A stretch of 64,000 nt of DNA from Paraphysomonas bandaiensis (GCA_965644295.1 CBFFRP010000254.1:1-64000), one strand, 5' to 3'. Shown: positions 11,364 to 25,400, counted from the stretch's first letter. Made by a program: numbers and translations. Notes: a model not told the origin generated them from the sequence alone.

Positions 11364-13954
11364 CTATGTTCTCCTTCGCTTTCGTTTATCACGACCCATT
11401 GGAGCTTTCTGTAATATGCATTAACAATATATCAACACAAAAATAAATATTTACCGCATGATGCTTTTGCCAGCGAACCTCACTATTCGATTTTCTACTC
11501 TTCTTTGTCACTGCAGATTTTCCCTTTCGAATCATCATATAATTCTTCTTTCTTGACTTCTCCTTATTCGTAAGTCCTCCTGCATGTCCCTCATGCTCAA
11601 ACTTCTTGTCTTTTCGACCATTCAAAACGTTTGTTATTCTCTCAATTTTAGATGACTTGCCAACTTTAGCTTCTGGGGCAAGTATAGATGATGATAGCGC
11701 AAACGACTTATCTGCATCATCTCCATCATCAAGAGAACTTCGCTTTCTTTTGGATCGAAATTTCGGGTCCTCCATGCGCTCTTTCTGGGCTGCTTTCAAT
11801 CGTTCTAATAACTCGAAATCTTCCGGCGTGAGTAAACGTTTGGCATCTATCCTAGTTGTTTGTTGATTAGATTGTGTTACTTGATCAGAATTTCCGTCAG
11901 AAGTGTTTTCATGTTCTACAATAACAAATTCATGACTTCACAACATCTGTAGTTGCTGTGATGTTACCGTCACATTCGCTGTCATCCTCATCATCCTCAT
12001 CCTCAGAGGCTTCGCTTCCTGAATTAGAGGCGTCAACCTCTTCCTCATCTTCATCCTCATTCTCGTCACCAGAAACAGAGCCAGAAGCATCACTTTCATC
12101 ATCATCGCAAGCAACAAGATCAGGAGCATCGCTGGCATCATCATCATCATCTTGCTCTTCATCTTTCCAAACAACCTCCCCTAAAACAAATACTGTGAAG
12201 AAGGCACAACCGACGAAAACAAAACCAACCGTCCGAATCTATAGCTATCTCGCCGCGTTCATAAGCCTCCAGTAACTCGACACCAGCAACACCGCTAGCT
12301 ACGGTTTCTTCCCCATACTTTACAGGTAAATTATCAGGATTATAGTATTTTCCTCGGCTTCCTTTGCGCAATAGGGTAGGGTATATCTCTCTGAAATATA
12401 TGTTAACAGGACTCAGAATAATCAAACATTGCGTACCTAACGAGATTAATTACACCATGGGCAGCGATCATCACACTTTTGTGAGTTTTTTTGCCGTATT
12501 GGGCTAAATCTTGTATAAAGTCGTCCATGCCAGGCTCACGCAATATCGCAGGTATACGGTTGATGATTTCTCTAATAGAATTTATTCCAACAGCAATAAC
12601 CTCATTACTGCATCGCTCTGTAATGAAGTTAAACGAAATTGCACGCATCACTGGGGTTATTTCATCCGGAGGAACCATAGGGTGACAAGCTTGAATAAGA
12701 TATGTTAGAATGACAGTAACATCTTGCTGATGTGATGTCAAGTATCTCTGCAAAAAGCTGGCAGGAAAAATGTTAACTTACACATAGAGGCGTCATGCAA
12801 ATACACAGAGTCAGATCATACCTGTAAAAACTTAGAAGTAGCAGTTCATGACATCCAATAAGCCGTGATATGAAATTCATTAGCAAGAGTTTAACTTCAA
12901 ACCGCTCACATGACTGGCGCAAACGCTTAAATAGTTTCTCGGCTAATGAGTGTGGATCGTGAATTAGTCGAATCGCAGGAAATAAAGGCTGCGCATTGTT
13001 TCCTTGGTTCAGCTTTTCTCTCTTTAATTTCGCTACGTTTACTTGTTGACGCTTTACACTTCGAGCACGAGCCCTTGTTTTCTTACTGTGCTGATGATAA
13101 TTAATCTCAATAGCCTTTGCACTTGCACCTTTCTCCTCTTCCTCTTCCTCTTCGTCCTCGTGCATTTTGGTTTCAATACCAAGAAAAAATTGAATACCAG
13201 CTACCATTACTCTTGTACACTGACTCAAACATGCTGAAGCGATAACATTTACAGACCGACTATCAGTCCAAACTTTACGTCGATAAAGTTCCGACAAAAT
13301 GCAGACCGCCCTCCTTGCAGCAACAGTACCATCTTCAGAAACAACATCATATAACAATGCCTGCATGCGACGATTTAATTTCTCGTTCGTTTTATGCATG
13401 TTCATGCTCTTAATGTCATTAATAATGTAGTCTGTTAGCATCGTACGGAGATGTTTGTCAGGGATTGAATATAGTTTAAACGACAACTTCAGCAGAAGGA
13501 GTGGATCCAACTTATCCCTATTACGAAGTAAGACAAGAGACTGAAATAGCTTTGTGCGGACATCTGGGTGTAACGAGCTCGCGTTATTCTCTAAAAGGTC
13601 TAATAACTGCGTCGTAAATAACTCACTGTGTCCATCATAGCACGGGACTACATGACTCATAAAATGGACTAAATCAGTAAACCGTTCGGAATTTTGAGTT
13701 GGACGCAATTTAAATATATCAAGTTCGCTTTCATAATGTCGATATTGCATCTACATAGAGGGTCACTGAACACAATGACACATATGCTGTACCCTTACCA
13801 GAAACTCGTCTTTATATGCAGTGGGGTCCCGTTTAATAAAGTTTTGTAGCTGTGGCAGCTTCATCTGAATATTTCCAAACTATTACATTATATTATACTA
13901 TTAATTTATAAGAATACTGACCGTAATGGCTAACTTATGCTTCATTAATGCCAT
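11364..13954 (-). CDS. SDA1: SDA1, 60S ribosome biogenesis protein, multi-exon
   Basis: N-terminal LPQLQNFIKRDPTAYKDEF, RRKVWTD, IHDPHSLAEKLF, QACHPMVPPD, VGINSIREI; acidic tract; C-terminal GLTNKEKSRKKNYMM. Confidence 0.95.
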
Positions 13955-14592
13955 GGTGCTCTACGATTATACTATACAGTAATATAAATCTGAAAACCAT
14001 ATTAAAATATAAGGATACAATGAACTCTCACATTACATTATATACAGACAGGTAGAGTCCTTCCAAGTGAGACAAAGGAAGTTAATAAATGGTAAATAAG
14101 AGTGTGTGGGTATAGTATACACCGTCCACTTTAATACTCAGAGTGGGAAGGAGTGTTATATATATGGAATCGACTCACATCCACTCTGCTGTCCAGTCGT
14201 CCAGACAAAAGTTGTGATATCCAATCAGCCATTGAATTCATCTATATATTATTGTTGAAATTTTACAAGAAAAAAGTATTTTTGTCTCTAGTATTTCCAT
14301 TATATATGCTAATTTTATAATCAGGTGGCATAAAAAATCATTTTTACATAAATTTTTACCTAAAAAGTTAAGAAGAAATATCTTGTGTAGGAAGAATGTA
14401 TTTGTCATATATACAGTGTAGGATCTGCCTGTTGAATCGCTAAAATTGCTGTTAATTCTACAGTGTGTATGAGCAGTATGTGTATGCATATATGATGCAT
14501 AGCATACAAGGTAGACATCCATTCATGCAATATCAAGTCAATACATTGTTATAAAGAATCCTCTTTCATTATATTTGCGAATTCAGTGGAAT

Positions 14593-16635
14593 ATGACAAA
14601 GCATTCTGAAAGCATTGGAGGTAAGAACCCTTTCAGCTCTCATCGACTCATCTTTTCTCTCAGGTCACTCTGATAAGGATCTGCTGGCGAACACCAACAA
14701 ATTATTATCCCTTGTTGGTATATCTGCCAAGCAAATCATGTCTATACAGGAATTGATACGGGTGATTAGTTTCTAAAGATATGTCTCTATCTCTTAGTTT
14801 CATGTATACAGGTTTCATCGAGTATGTTTGTAGCTGTGTTCGAAGCCTTATTTCGAACTAGACTGGAAGGAATAATAAGGAACCCGAAGGCAAGTCAAAA
14901 TTTTATAATAAAAGATGATGACTATTGTTAATATTGTAATGTACGTTAGGACGCACAAGATTATATTTCTAACTGCCAAACTATAATCGACGGTCTTGCG
15001 CACCAGCTGCAAATAGATCTCCGTCATATAACAGGAGACTCAATATTTCGAGGCGACCGAAGGGCGCTTTTCAACTTGGTGAATATTTTGCTGAGAATTG
15101 CCAATATTACAAGGTTTTATTTCGTATTTCTTAATAGTCTACGTATTCTGATGTAGTTCGTTCTGCAGCAAGGACTCGAACAACGCTCCCGGATTTAATG
15201 ATGTTACGAAAAATATTGGTATACAATTATCGATTATAAGATAGTATCTGTAACAGTTCTCTTTATTAGGGTTTCGTTCTGGAAAAGATAGTGAATCTAT
15301 ATCTGTAAGCATATTCGTATGATAATGTCGTAGCTCATGTATGCTCATATCAGTCCCACGAGTCTGCATTTCCCGCTGATGAAGACCGGAATGTGATATT
15401 CGAAGACAACTTACCAGATAAACTTCCGCTTCAAGAGGAACATGAATCTGAACTTAATATGTATGATAGAAGCGCGAGTAAAGAGTTTCTACCGCATAAA
15501 TATTATAGAGATACTCGTCAACGACATCACAGTTGTGATGATATGGAGCTGTGGGGAATGCCATGTTCTCCGCTTGTTGCTGCAGTTGGAAATAAAATTG
15601 AAGAGGGAATTGATATAGGCGAGTTACGACGTTCTTTAAGTGAGTTTGAGCAGTATAAACGAATTGAAACGGCTAGACAGCGTCGAGAAAACCAGCTACG
15701 AATGCGTGCCAGTCAAGCCTCTGTTCGAAACCAGAAGAATATGGAAAAAAGTTGTCAGGCATTACAACAGCAATGGTTGAATGAAAACCATCGTGCTGAA
15801 TGTTCTGAGTTAATTCGTAGAAGTCACGAAGAAGATGTTATGCTTCGAAAGGTCAGTATGTGATATATATTAGTTTGTTAAGCTGATTACAAACTAGATT
15901 CAAAACGGGCTATTGAAACAAATGAGAATGAGTGTGGTCGATCAAAACCAAGAGGTACCCTGAAGTACTTTAATTCATGCAATTAATAATGATTGTACAG
16001 ATGAAGAGTAAGATGAAAGATATAAAGCAAGCGACAAAATCTCACTTTCAGGTCGTATATTATATCACCGGTGTATAGCCATCTTGACATGCTGTCATAG
16101 AGTTTGCAACGATTATTTGATGACCGCGTAAATATGCTACGCGAGAGTGAAAAAGAGATGAAAGCTTCTTCTTCAACAGAGATGAATTCGTACAGGTTAT
16201 TATTGTACTGCTTATATATTCACTCAAGTGTTATATAATTTATTCTTGCAGGCGACTAACTCTAGACCTGAAGAACGCCAACCGAAAGAAATTGAGAGAG
16301 ATGGCTCGCACTCAGGAATCTATTTTGAAGCAGAAGCGTGAACATGCGGTATGCACTTGAAGTACTGTAGTGCGTATCTTATATTTGGACAGATGTTTCT
16401 AAGGAAGGGATCTCATCATCAGCTGGTTGAAATGTTATCATTGGAAGGCGATTGGGCTGATTCATTGAGAACTGGTAGTTTTCGATCCACATCGAGGAGC
16501 GGTGCCCGTACCAGAAAAACGAAATATAACAGACAATCTGGTGTGCGAGCTAATAATTCGAATGGTAGTGGTAGACGACGGCCACAATCTGCTTCAGTTC
16601 CTGTTGGCACCAGAAAAATGTATCGAAAGAATTGA
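14593..16635 (+). CDS. CEP95-like (DUF5745-type) coiled-coil protein, multi-exon
   Basis: Spliced N-terminal exons read SSSMFVAVFEALF..NCQTIIDGLAHQLQIDLRHITGDSIFRGDRRALFNLVNIL, resembling the CEP95 N-terminal domain. C-terminal exons are coiled-coil-like. Confidence 0.6.
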
Positions 16636-16981
16636 GTGCCGAAAATTTGTTGACTTGCTTCTTTTTGTTATTATAGTGTTATTGTAATAGTTGTTGTCTT
16701 GAGTTGCACAGGAATTATAGGCGTAAATGAAATGTAATAAAATTTATTATAAGGTGATGTTATGGTGACTGAACACAACAACATTTAGCATAGGATAGTT
16801 GCTAAAGCTATTAGCGTACTATCTCTGTAGATACCTCATTACATGTATCTATCATTTGTCTACCCACTGCTCATATCAGCAGAGTGTGATGCAGTATACT
16901 ATATACTATCTACAAATATATATATAATGTATACAGTATATAGTATATTACCTAGTTTTATTAATTTATTAATAGGTGATG

Positions 16982-17500
16982 TTAAATTGGGTTTTGCAGA
17001 CCCTCAACAAAGTCGGAATCGCATCTTTTCGTGGTGTTGTGGGGGATAAGTACCGGAGCGATTCTCTCTGGGAAACTAACGTGAGCCGCAAATATAGTAA
17101 GCAGATATTCTTCTGCCCACTCATAGCCGAATGCTTGCGTGGTACAAGGGACAACAATAAGTGTCACTTGTGTAGACGTGTGTGGGCCCTGACGAATAAA
17201 CAGGCCTCCGGGAATGGGCCTATATAAGAACATCCGGGACAGGTCCTACCTAAAGGGTATTGGGCTGCCTGCTGAAGTCAAGCATCCGGGATGTTCACTT
17301 TAATAACTCAGAGCGGAAGTGGCCGCACCTTGGTGCTTGTGGAGACGCACAAGCAGCTTCCGTAGCGTTAAATAGTAGGATAAAAAAAGTGTGTACTGAT
17401 TAGCTACAGGTAGAGGTCTAAGTATTCATCTAGCTACTAAGTTAGTGCAGGTTTTTAACGGCTATTGCTAATAATAAGACTTTCAATAAGGGTTTTGTAT
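16982..17500 (-). repeat. Copy A of an unidentified dispersed coding-like repeat family
   Basis: Homologous to 27098-27355 (+), 28360-28815 (-) and 60010-60185 (+). Reads ..FNATEAACASPQAPRC..GLFIRQGP..PCTTQAFGYEWAEEYLLTIFAAHVSFPE..NTTKRC. Confidence 0.85.
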
Positions 17501-17901
17501 AAGACACAGTATATTGCTGAATTATATATATTAGATATTAGGAGATATAATATTAACCTTGTATTGTTTTTATCACCAACACCAATATTTTTCTCTGACG
17601 GTCATATTCTTTGTATATTTTATTCGTATTCCTGTTGTTGCAGTTTTGTAGATTCTGTATTTCAGTGCCAATTATTGCACAGAATGGAGGATACCTACCA
17701 CTGGCGATAAACATCAACAAGCTACAAGTACACTCCTCGGAGTAAGTTGTAGTTAATAAGTTTTCGAGACTCTAGCTTTCCATTAAACGTCAAAAATAGA
17801 ACATACTTAACCGATATAGTTTAAAGTAATAAAAAATGATAATTAAGCATCACCACTTTAATTTTTTGTGCTACACGTATAATTTAATAAAAATCAGCTA
17901 C

Positions 17902-19025
17902 TCAATCAGCTTGTGCCAGCGCAGTCCGCAACTCACCCGCCACATCAACTGATGATGCACCCAATATATTATCTGCTTCCAAATGAAACGGCGAGCCGTC
18001 AAATGTAGAAAGTGTTCCTCCTGCCTCCTCTACTATTAACATTCCTGCACAATAATCCCACGGAAACCACCCCTCAGCATAGAGGGCATCAACTCGCCCG
18101 CAGGCAAGGTAGCATAGGTCCAACACTCCACTACCAATCTGTCTCACTGCATGAGGAGACAGAGAAAGTACATGACGAAGACGATTACATAGAAGAGATA
18201 TGCTCGTCTCATCTCTCTCATACCCGACCTCAGTCATCTAGCAACATGAATGTGAAATCACACCGAGTTTTCTAAACAGAAACGGTAAACGTATAATACA
18301 TACCACAATGGCATTTCTTATCCTCTGACACCTTGATACATTTATTTTCTGTCCATTGAGGAACGCTCCACATCCTTTAACAGCCACAAAGAGCTCATCA
18401 GTACATGGAGCATACACCACGCCGATCACAGGAACACCCTCAACAACGAATCCTATAGAAACGCAAACCGCCGGATTCGAGTGCACAAAATTCGTGGTGC
18501 TATATACGACACAAACAATTATATTACTCCAAGTAATTAAAGACTGTCAGCTGTTCAATCCATACCCGTCAATGGGGTCCACAATCCATGTCGGTTCCGT
18601 AGTTACTTTCGGAACATGTCCACCCGTGGCACAGGTTTCCTGAACATAAAAAAATATCAGCAGTATTAATAAGCACGTTTATCCATCACCTCTCCTATAA
18701 ACCTATGATTCGGAAACCTTTTTGCTAGGGTTCCGAATATCAGTTCTTCATTATATCTGTCTGTTTCAGTGACAAAATCAATAGCCGAACCCTTGGACTG
18801 AATCGCCTTATCAGACTTCAAGAGAGCTGCTCGTAGATTATATCCAGCTCGCAAAGCACAATCAATTGCAGTTCTGAGTTCAGAAGAATACTTTTTGAGT
18901 CTAAGAAGGTCTTTAGGGACTCTAGATGAGGAAAACAGATACTTTCCCATCATGATCAGGCCTGTTGCAGCTGCAGCACCTAGTAAGAAAGTTGGTACCG
19001 GACACCTTGACAGGCTAGAACTCAT
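17902..19025 (-). CDS. Inositol monophosphatase family protein, multi-exon
   Basis: DFVTETD, FIGEE, TWIVDPIDG|TTNFVH, GSGVLDLCYLACGRVD, WDYCAGMLIVEEAGG. Confidence 0.95.
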
Positions 19026-19324
19026 GTTTGTTCTTTCTAATGATGATGAATTGAATAGAGAGTATGGGAATTTCTTTATGTTATGAATCCATGTTATGAT
19101 GGACATGCTGTTAACATGTATGTAGACATGTATGTAGTAGGCATATGTATATGATATATTCCAAGAAAAATGTATACACCCGTTTAGTGTAGCCGGTAAA
19201 GTTGACAGTGGTAGGGTGTATAAATGTATATACGGTGGTATTCGGGTTGTTTGAGAGGGGGGTGTTTTTAAATATACAGGAGTGCAAAGATGATAATTGA
19301 TAGATTGATTCACACACTTTACCT

Positions 19325-19390
19325 TCATGCACTTCACTTCACTTCCACTTCCATTTCACTTCGTGTTTCAACCAATCAAATCAATCAATT
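19325..19390. promoter_or_regulatory. CACTT tandem tract and CCAAT-like motifs between divergent IMPase and APC1
   Basis: About 7 imperfect CA(C/T)TT units followed by CCAATCAAATCAATCAAT, ~50 bp upstream of the APC1 ATG. Function is inferred. Confidence 0.35.
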
Positions 19391-19439
19391 AGTTGAAAGT
19401 TTGTTTATTCTTGTGGGATAGTGATTTAAACTTCTTGCA

Positions 19440-22400
19440 ATGCTATTTGATGCATATAAATCAGATATACAACTCGACAAAGCAGTTTACTCACGTCATG
19501 GCATTCTTATTAAGCAACATAATTCCATTCATTGGTTGACATGTAATGGAAGTAGGATATTGAAACGATTCACTTGTGAATGCTCACCCATATGCGCTGT
19601 ATTTCACGATGATAATGATGGAGTATTAATTGTTATATTGGTTTCTCCAAAATTAATACGAATATTCACATCCAGTGGACAGATATCAGAAGTCGTGTTG
19701 GACTTTGTTGCTAATGCTATCCATTCATCTCCTATGGGCCTTATTATTCAACGAGACGAGTCTTTTACTGCCTATTTATTTTCTCAGGAATTGCAATGGC
19801 GGTACTTCTCGTTGTCGCATTGTGATGCCCCAATTCGGCCAATCGTGAAGACAGACGATTTGGAATCTGCTAATGATTCAAGTACAATACCTTTGAAACA
19901 AATGAAAGAAGATGAAGAAATTATGACTACATGGGGTTCTTACATATCTTTTTTTGTGCATAAAACCCAGAGTATTAGCATATACTGTCTTAGCAAGATA
20001 CCTTCTACTGAATTCAACGAGTCATACGGATCTGCTTCAGACTTCCAACCGAGCGTGCAGGGTATAAATAGTGACACTGAGCACTCAGGACTCCGTATGG
20101 AAGAGTCTACTGTTTCGAATCCATCGGATGTAAATATTTCCAAGCAGCAACAGGGATCCCCAGGGGGTAGTTTGAATTACAGTTACAGTAGCACTGGAAG
20201 TCGAAGTCGCAGTAGAGGTTTTGGCGTGAAACGACCACGATCTTCTCGACAGCAAAGTAAGCACTCTGCTGGTAAAGGAGATACACTGGCAGCGCTGAAG
20301 GGTCTCGCTGGAGCAGGCAGAGAGTCATCATCAGCGTCCTTGATGGGTTCACGCAGTAACCCATCACCAGTCACTTCTGAAGTGACACCTGAGCTTACGC
20401 TTCTCCATGTGGCCAACCTACCTGTACTTTCAGGCCCAACATCACTGGGACAAGATGATTTACACATCTCTTTCAGCATATCTCACGGGGCGACTTTAGC
20501 ACATGTTCTTTGTCGGCCCACTTACGAACTGTACACCTACTCTCTACCGTCGCTAGAGAAGTCTCAGGTGTCTACTCCTGTGTTACTACGTAGGTTGGAT
20601 GGTATTGTTAGTGTCTCTCATTGCAGCTTGGGAACCGGGGCAGTCTCAGTCCCAGAGCGTTTTCTGTCAGAGTATCATCCTCACAGCTCTGCAGAACTTC
20701 AGGCTACTCTGCTGTTTAATACAGATGGCGTGTGTGATTTTGTCGTTGGATGTGGACCAACATTTGCCCGGTGGGATATAACGCGATCTTTAAGTCATGT
20801 GGACGTTTGTGCCAGTATTACAAATATTTCTGTTGTTGAAAAGTTGACCCCCCATCCAGCAACATATCAGTCACAGCCCATCCCCTTGCATATTATTGCC
20901 TCCAGTCCTGATATGCACGGATGCTATGTTATGTCTCTCCCACAGTGGAGTTACCTGGCTCGCCGCGCATTGATCCGCCCGAGCAGTCGCTCTGCATGTT
21001 GGAAACTGATGGAAGTGCTATTTTTATGTTTACGACAGAACGACAGTGACCAGAATACACGCATGCCAATGGAGGGCTATGCTGCAGAAACTATATCTTT
21101 CATTCTAAGTCTCGAGTTTCTCCTGGACAGGGACGCCTTCTTGATTTCTGCATTACCATGTGTCGTGATGGCCACACTGCAAGTAAGCACTGCTAAAGAA
21201 ACGCATGAGCAAGTATGGCAGCGTATTTCTTTCATACTCTCATGTGCCTCACCTGGGCTGAATGATGCTGCACTGGGGGAATATTGGTGCAAGTATGCGA
21301 GTGCTCTTCAAGGTGAGTTGACATTAAGATAGTGCAGGTGTGATTGATACCATTTCGTTGCGCAGCACTGGAGAGTCAATCAAATGAGCATTTCATAGCC
21401 AAAAGGGTTTTTGGAAAAACCATATTTCATGCAGCTCATATGGTATGTACCGTGCATATTGATATGCGAACAGTGTTGTATTCCAAATCGAGCTGATGTG
21501 ACGTACTGATCAAATTTCTGTTATGTAGGCTATGGAAGATATACACCTCCAAGGTGTAGGATCGGACTCCTTTACAGGAAAGAGCGAAATAGTGGCAACT
21601 ACCCTTGCTCTTTATACTACATCCTATGTATGTGCAAAGGGTGATTGGACTGGTCACTTAGCATACTACCGAAGAGTATTAATTTTACTCGGTGTGTCTG
21701 TGAGAGAAATTGACATCTTAGTCGAGGGATGTATGGAGTCCGTCCAAGAGGTAGAGAAGCGAATGTTGTTCGATAAAAATAATTTTTCGGTGGCAGGGTT
21801 TTAGTGAAGATGTGGTATCAGTGACAGCATGGTTAGCTAAGCAACTGGAACTTAGTTGTCAGCCTGATGTGCCTCTGTCATGGAGTCCATTTACACAAAC
21901 CTCTATTGATATACGTAATTCACTTATTGGCAAACCTTTACTCGAGAAACCCCAAGAATTGGGACTGCATGACTCTATTATTTCCTTTGGACAGGACGAG
22001 AATTTTGCTTCTACAGTACGCATTCGCGCAGCAGTGGCACCACTGTATATACATTGTCTTCTTGCTCCATGTATAACTGTTACTCGTAACTTTTTGGTAA
22101 ATCTTGCACTCTGTTTAAGAGATATGCCAGATGAAAGATCTCGGGCCATCGCCTTGGCGTTTATATCATGCTGTAGCAATTATGAGTGTGATGCTATCAG
22201 TGGAGAAGAGGTTATCAATTCCCTGTGTATAGCTCTTCGCATGGGCGTGCAGCAGGCTCTTCTGGCTGAAAGAGACGATCTTCATTTTCTCTATGACCAA
22301 AAGTTTCAATGTTCAATACATTGTGGGGGATGCGTGCTAAGTAAATGGAATTGGCCGTTATGCGCCCATGATTCAAAACGAGGCAGGTGCTGTTGCGAAT

Positions 22401-25400
22401 CAGAAGTAGATGAAAGCTGTATATGCAAAGTGTTGATTAATGGCAACTCAAATTTGAGCAGTAAATTTCCTAGGGACATACTAGAAATGCTAGGGAGAGA
22501 AGACTTTATTGCGAATGCATCTCCATCAAAACTTAGCGGTAGATACACAGTATCTAGTAGAGTAGATGATGAATCAAGGAAACACAAGGACGGTGTCCTT
22601 GTGTTGTTGAACGAGACGATGCGCGGCTGGTGCAAACACGTTGCGGAAGACCTAGAGGTTGAGGAGGCCAATGAAGATCGAAGTGGATATGATGACAACC
22701 AGGGAAAAGAGCAAGATGCGTCATCGGTGGCGAAGTCATATTCGTCCTCTGCTGGCCAGACTGTCGATCTTGACGGTTTAATTGCTGTTAATAGTCTTTC
22801 ATCTTCACGGTTTGCAGAGGATGAGAGAATGGGCGAGGTGCGAATAATCCTGTCAATATATTTTTGGTAGAACTGTCGTTCATGTTGAATACATATAGGT
22901 ATGCCGCCTGCTTCGAGCCTCTAAGACTCTGTATCTAAAAGTTGAACGGTACGTTTCTTGTACCTTGAATTCATACATAACCTTTTCATCAGAACTCCTG
23001 AAATGACGGATAGCATTTTTCGCTACAGACAGCAACTGAGGTTGTTATCCCTTTGCCGCCGGTATCGAATATTTCTTGTTCTTATATTATGGATAATATA
23101 AATTCCTAAAGGTCGTTAGCGTTTAGTGTGGGCAGAGGAATGCTAACCCTGAGCTCACTGGAACCGCTTCTTGCTGAGGCACTTCCAATCCCACCTTTAT
23201 CACTCACTGGGCGCGTTCCACCGACTAATGCGACAATTACCCTCGATCCTGGGTCGGTTTCACCAGAGCTTACCTTGTGGCCAGAGTTCCACAATGGTGT
23301 GGCTGCGGGATTACGGGTGCGAGGGGCAATATTCGGTCGTGGAAGCACGACCAGTAGGCGCAGGGGAAAGGTTACCCGAAATTGGATTTTATACAACCGG
23401 ATCAACTCTGCTAATTCGAGTGATGGCTCTACTCTAAACACAGCATCAGAGAATGCTCACGCCGGTATATAAACTGATACGAAACAAGTACTTACATGCA
23501 TGGTAAGGGTTTTTTCTATGTAGGATCTCTTCTTGCCTTGGGTTTGCTGGGGCATTTAAAGGTGTTAACTGCAGCAGATATATGCGAGTACTTACTCAAG
23601 GTTTATTGTGTTTTCTTTTTATTTTCAAGAGACTGAAAGTAACCCGACAGGGCCACGATCCCACGACGATAGCGATGCTGATTGGTTTACCCGCTTCGCG
23701 AATAGGATCGGCAGACCCGCTTCTATCGAAAACTCTCTGCTTGCACTTGCCAGCGATTATGTACCCAACTCACATGCTGGCCCATGGAGAACTGGATGTG
23801 TCCCCACTCGTGCAGACAGCTGCATTGACTGGCCTCGGGTTGTTGTACTGTGAGTCGGAACATCGCCTCATGATTGAGTTAATTATGGGCGAGCTAATTT
23901 CTTCTCGTCGATTCCACGGTAGCCAAGTTGGAGGCTCTGAAGGCGATATTCCTCAACAGGACACACGAGAATGTACCGCGTTGTCGGCGGGATGGGCACT
24001 TGGTATGCTTCTGCTAGGAAGGGGGGCAGTCAAATGCACAGATAAATCATCCAGTGGTCACCATATATCTGATCTTCACATCGAAGATCGCCTCCAACAA
24101 TGTATAGACGGTGGACGGCGTACCGAAAGTAAAGGAATGTTTTCGGTACTGCACTATAGAATCTTGATGCATTGATATAATGTTTATGTAGAGTGACGAA
24201 GGTGGTTTTCTATATGGTTCTGACCCCATTGCAAAGAGTTCTAGGTGTGTTATAGTTGCTTCATTTTATGTATCTAAATTAGAATACTAGGATTCTAGAA
24301 GGAAGTTTTTTGAATACTAACATCACTGCCCCTGGTGCAATTGTTGCATTGGCACTCATGTACATCAGGTATACTTCCTGTTGGCGTTTTTGTATATGAT
24401 GATGTGGGTATTCTTGTCTAGGTCCAACAATGAAGAAGTCGCAAGTCACATTGAAGTCCCACCCACTGTGTTTGCACTTGACAACATCCGCCCAGATATG
24501 CTCATATATCGATCTATGGGTTGCTGTCTCATATTATGGGATAAGGTTGAACCTACTGTCGAATGGCTTAGGCAGAAGATCCCTAGGGTCAGTCATTCTT
24601 TACCTCGAATTGCAATTGATAATAAATTATCAGATTATTACTTCCGCTTTGTTCGAAGATATCACTACAGGGCTTCCTGGCACGCACAGGGCGTCTAATA
24701 TAGAATCGGATACGAGTGGGGGCGATATGGAGCCGTCATTCAACCCTTCTTCCGGTCGTATGAATTTGCGGACTTCTTTCCAAACCATGCTTTGCTTGCT
24801 TGCAGGAAACTGCTGGGGTATGGCACTGAGGTATGCCGGTACTGCTGATCCTAGTGCAAAGGATGTACTAATTCAGCAGCTAAAGTTTTTGCACTGGTAC
24901 GTGAGCAGTCAATCATTTGCACTCTCTGACATATTCGCAGTCTCCGAGATGGAACAACACCAACAGTTGATACGTTATCGTTTTTGTTCGAGGACTCTCG
25001 CTTGGCGCAATTTACCGAATTAGTATCTAGCTGCAGCAAGACGGAAGCTCAGCAACATCACAGAACAGTTTGTCGTAAGTTGATGACGGCTGCTGCTGAA
25101 AAGGCCTCCAAACCCACTCTTGAGATGTGTATTACTCTAACGGCCCTCAGTGCGGGTATGGTTTGCGCTGGTTCTGGTGACCTAGATACTCTTCGGGTGT
25201 TGCGAGTGCTTCGTCACAAGGTGGACGAAGTGACGTTTGGCACTCATATGGGGCTGGCGATGTCTATCGGTATAAATAAGTTAGCATCTATAAAAGTGTC
25301 TGACGTGTTTATCCTGGACAGGGTTTTTGTTTCTTGGTCAAGGGAAGGTGTCATTGAAGCGTGATAATATATCTATCGCTGCTCTCGTTATGTCCACAAT

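Noticed and set aside
17060-17225. Hammerhead- or HDV-like ribozyme (GAAAC, CTGACGA, GAATGGG motifs)
   Set aside because: I could not build the required stems around the core motifs, and copy C has TTGACGA.
16985-17375. Known ncRNA (snRNA, SRP, RNase P/MRP, telomerase RNA)
   Set aside because: No diagnostic conserved boxes or telomeric template were recognised; divergence among copies is codon-patterned.
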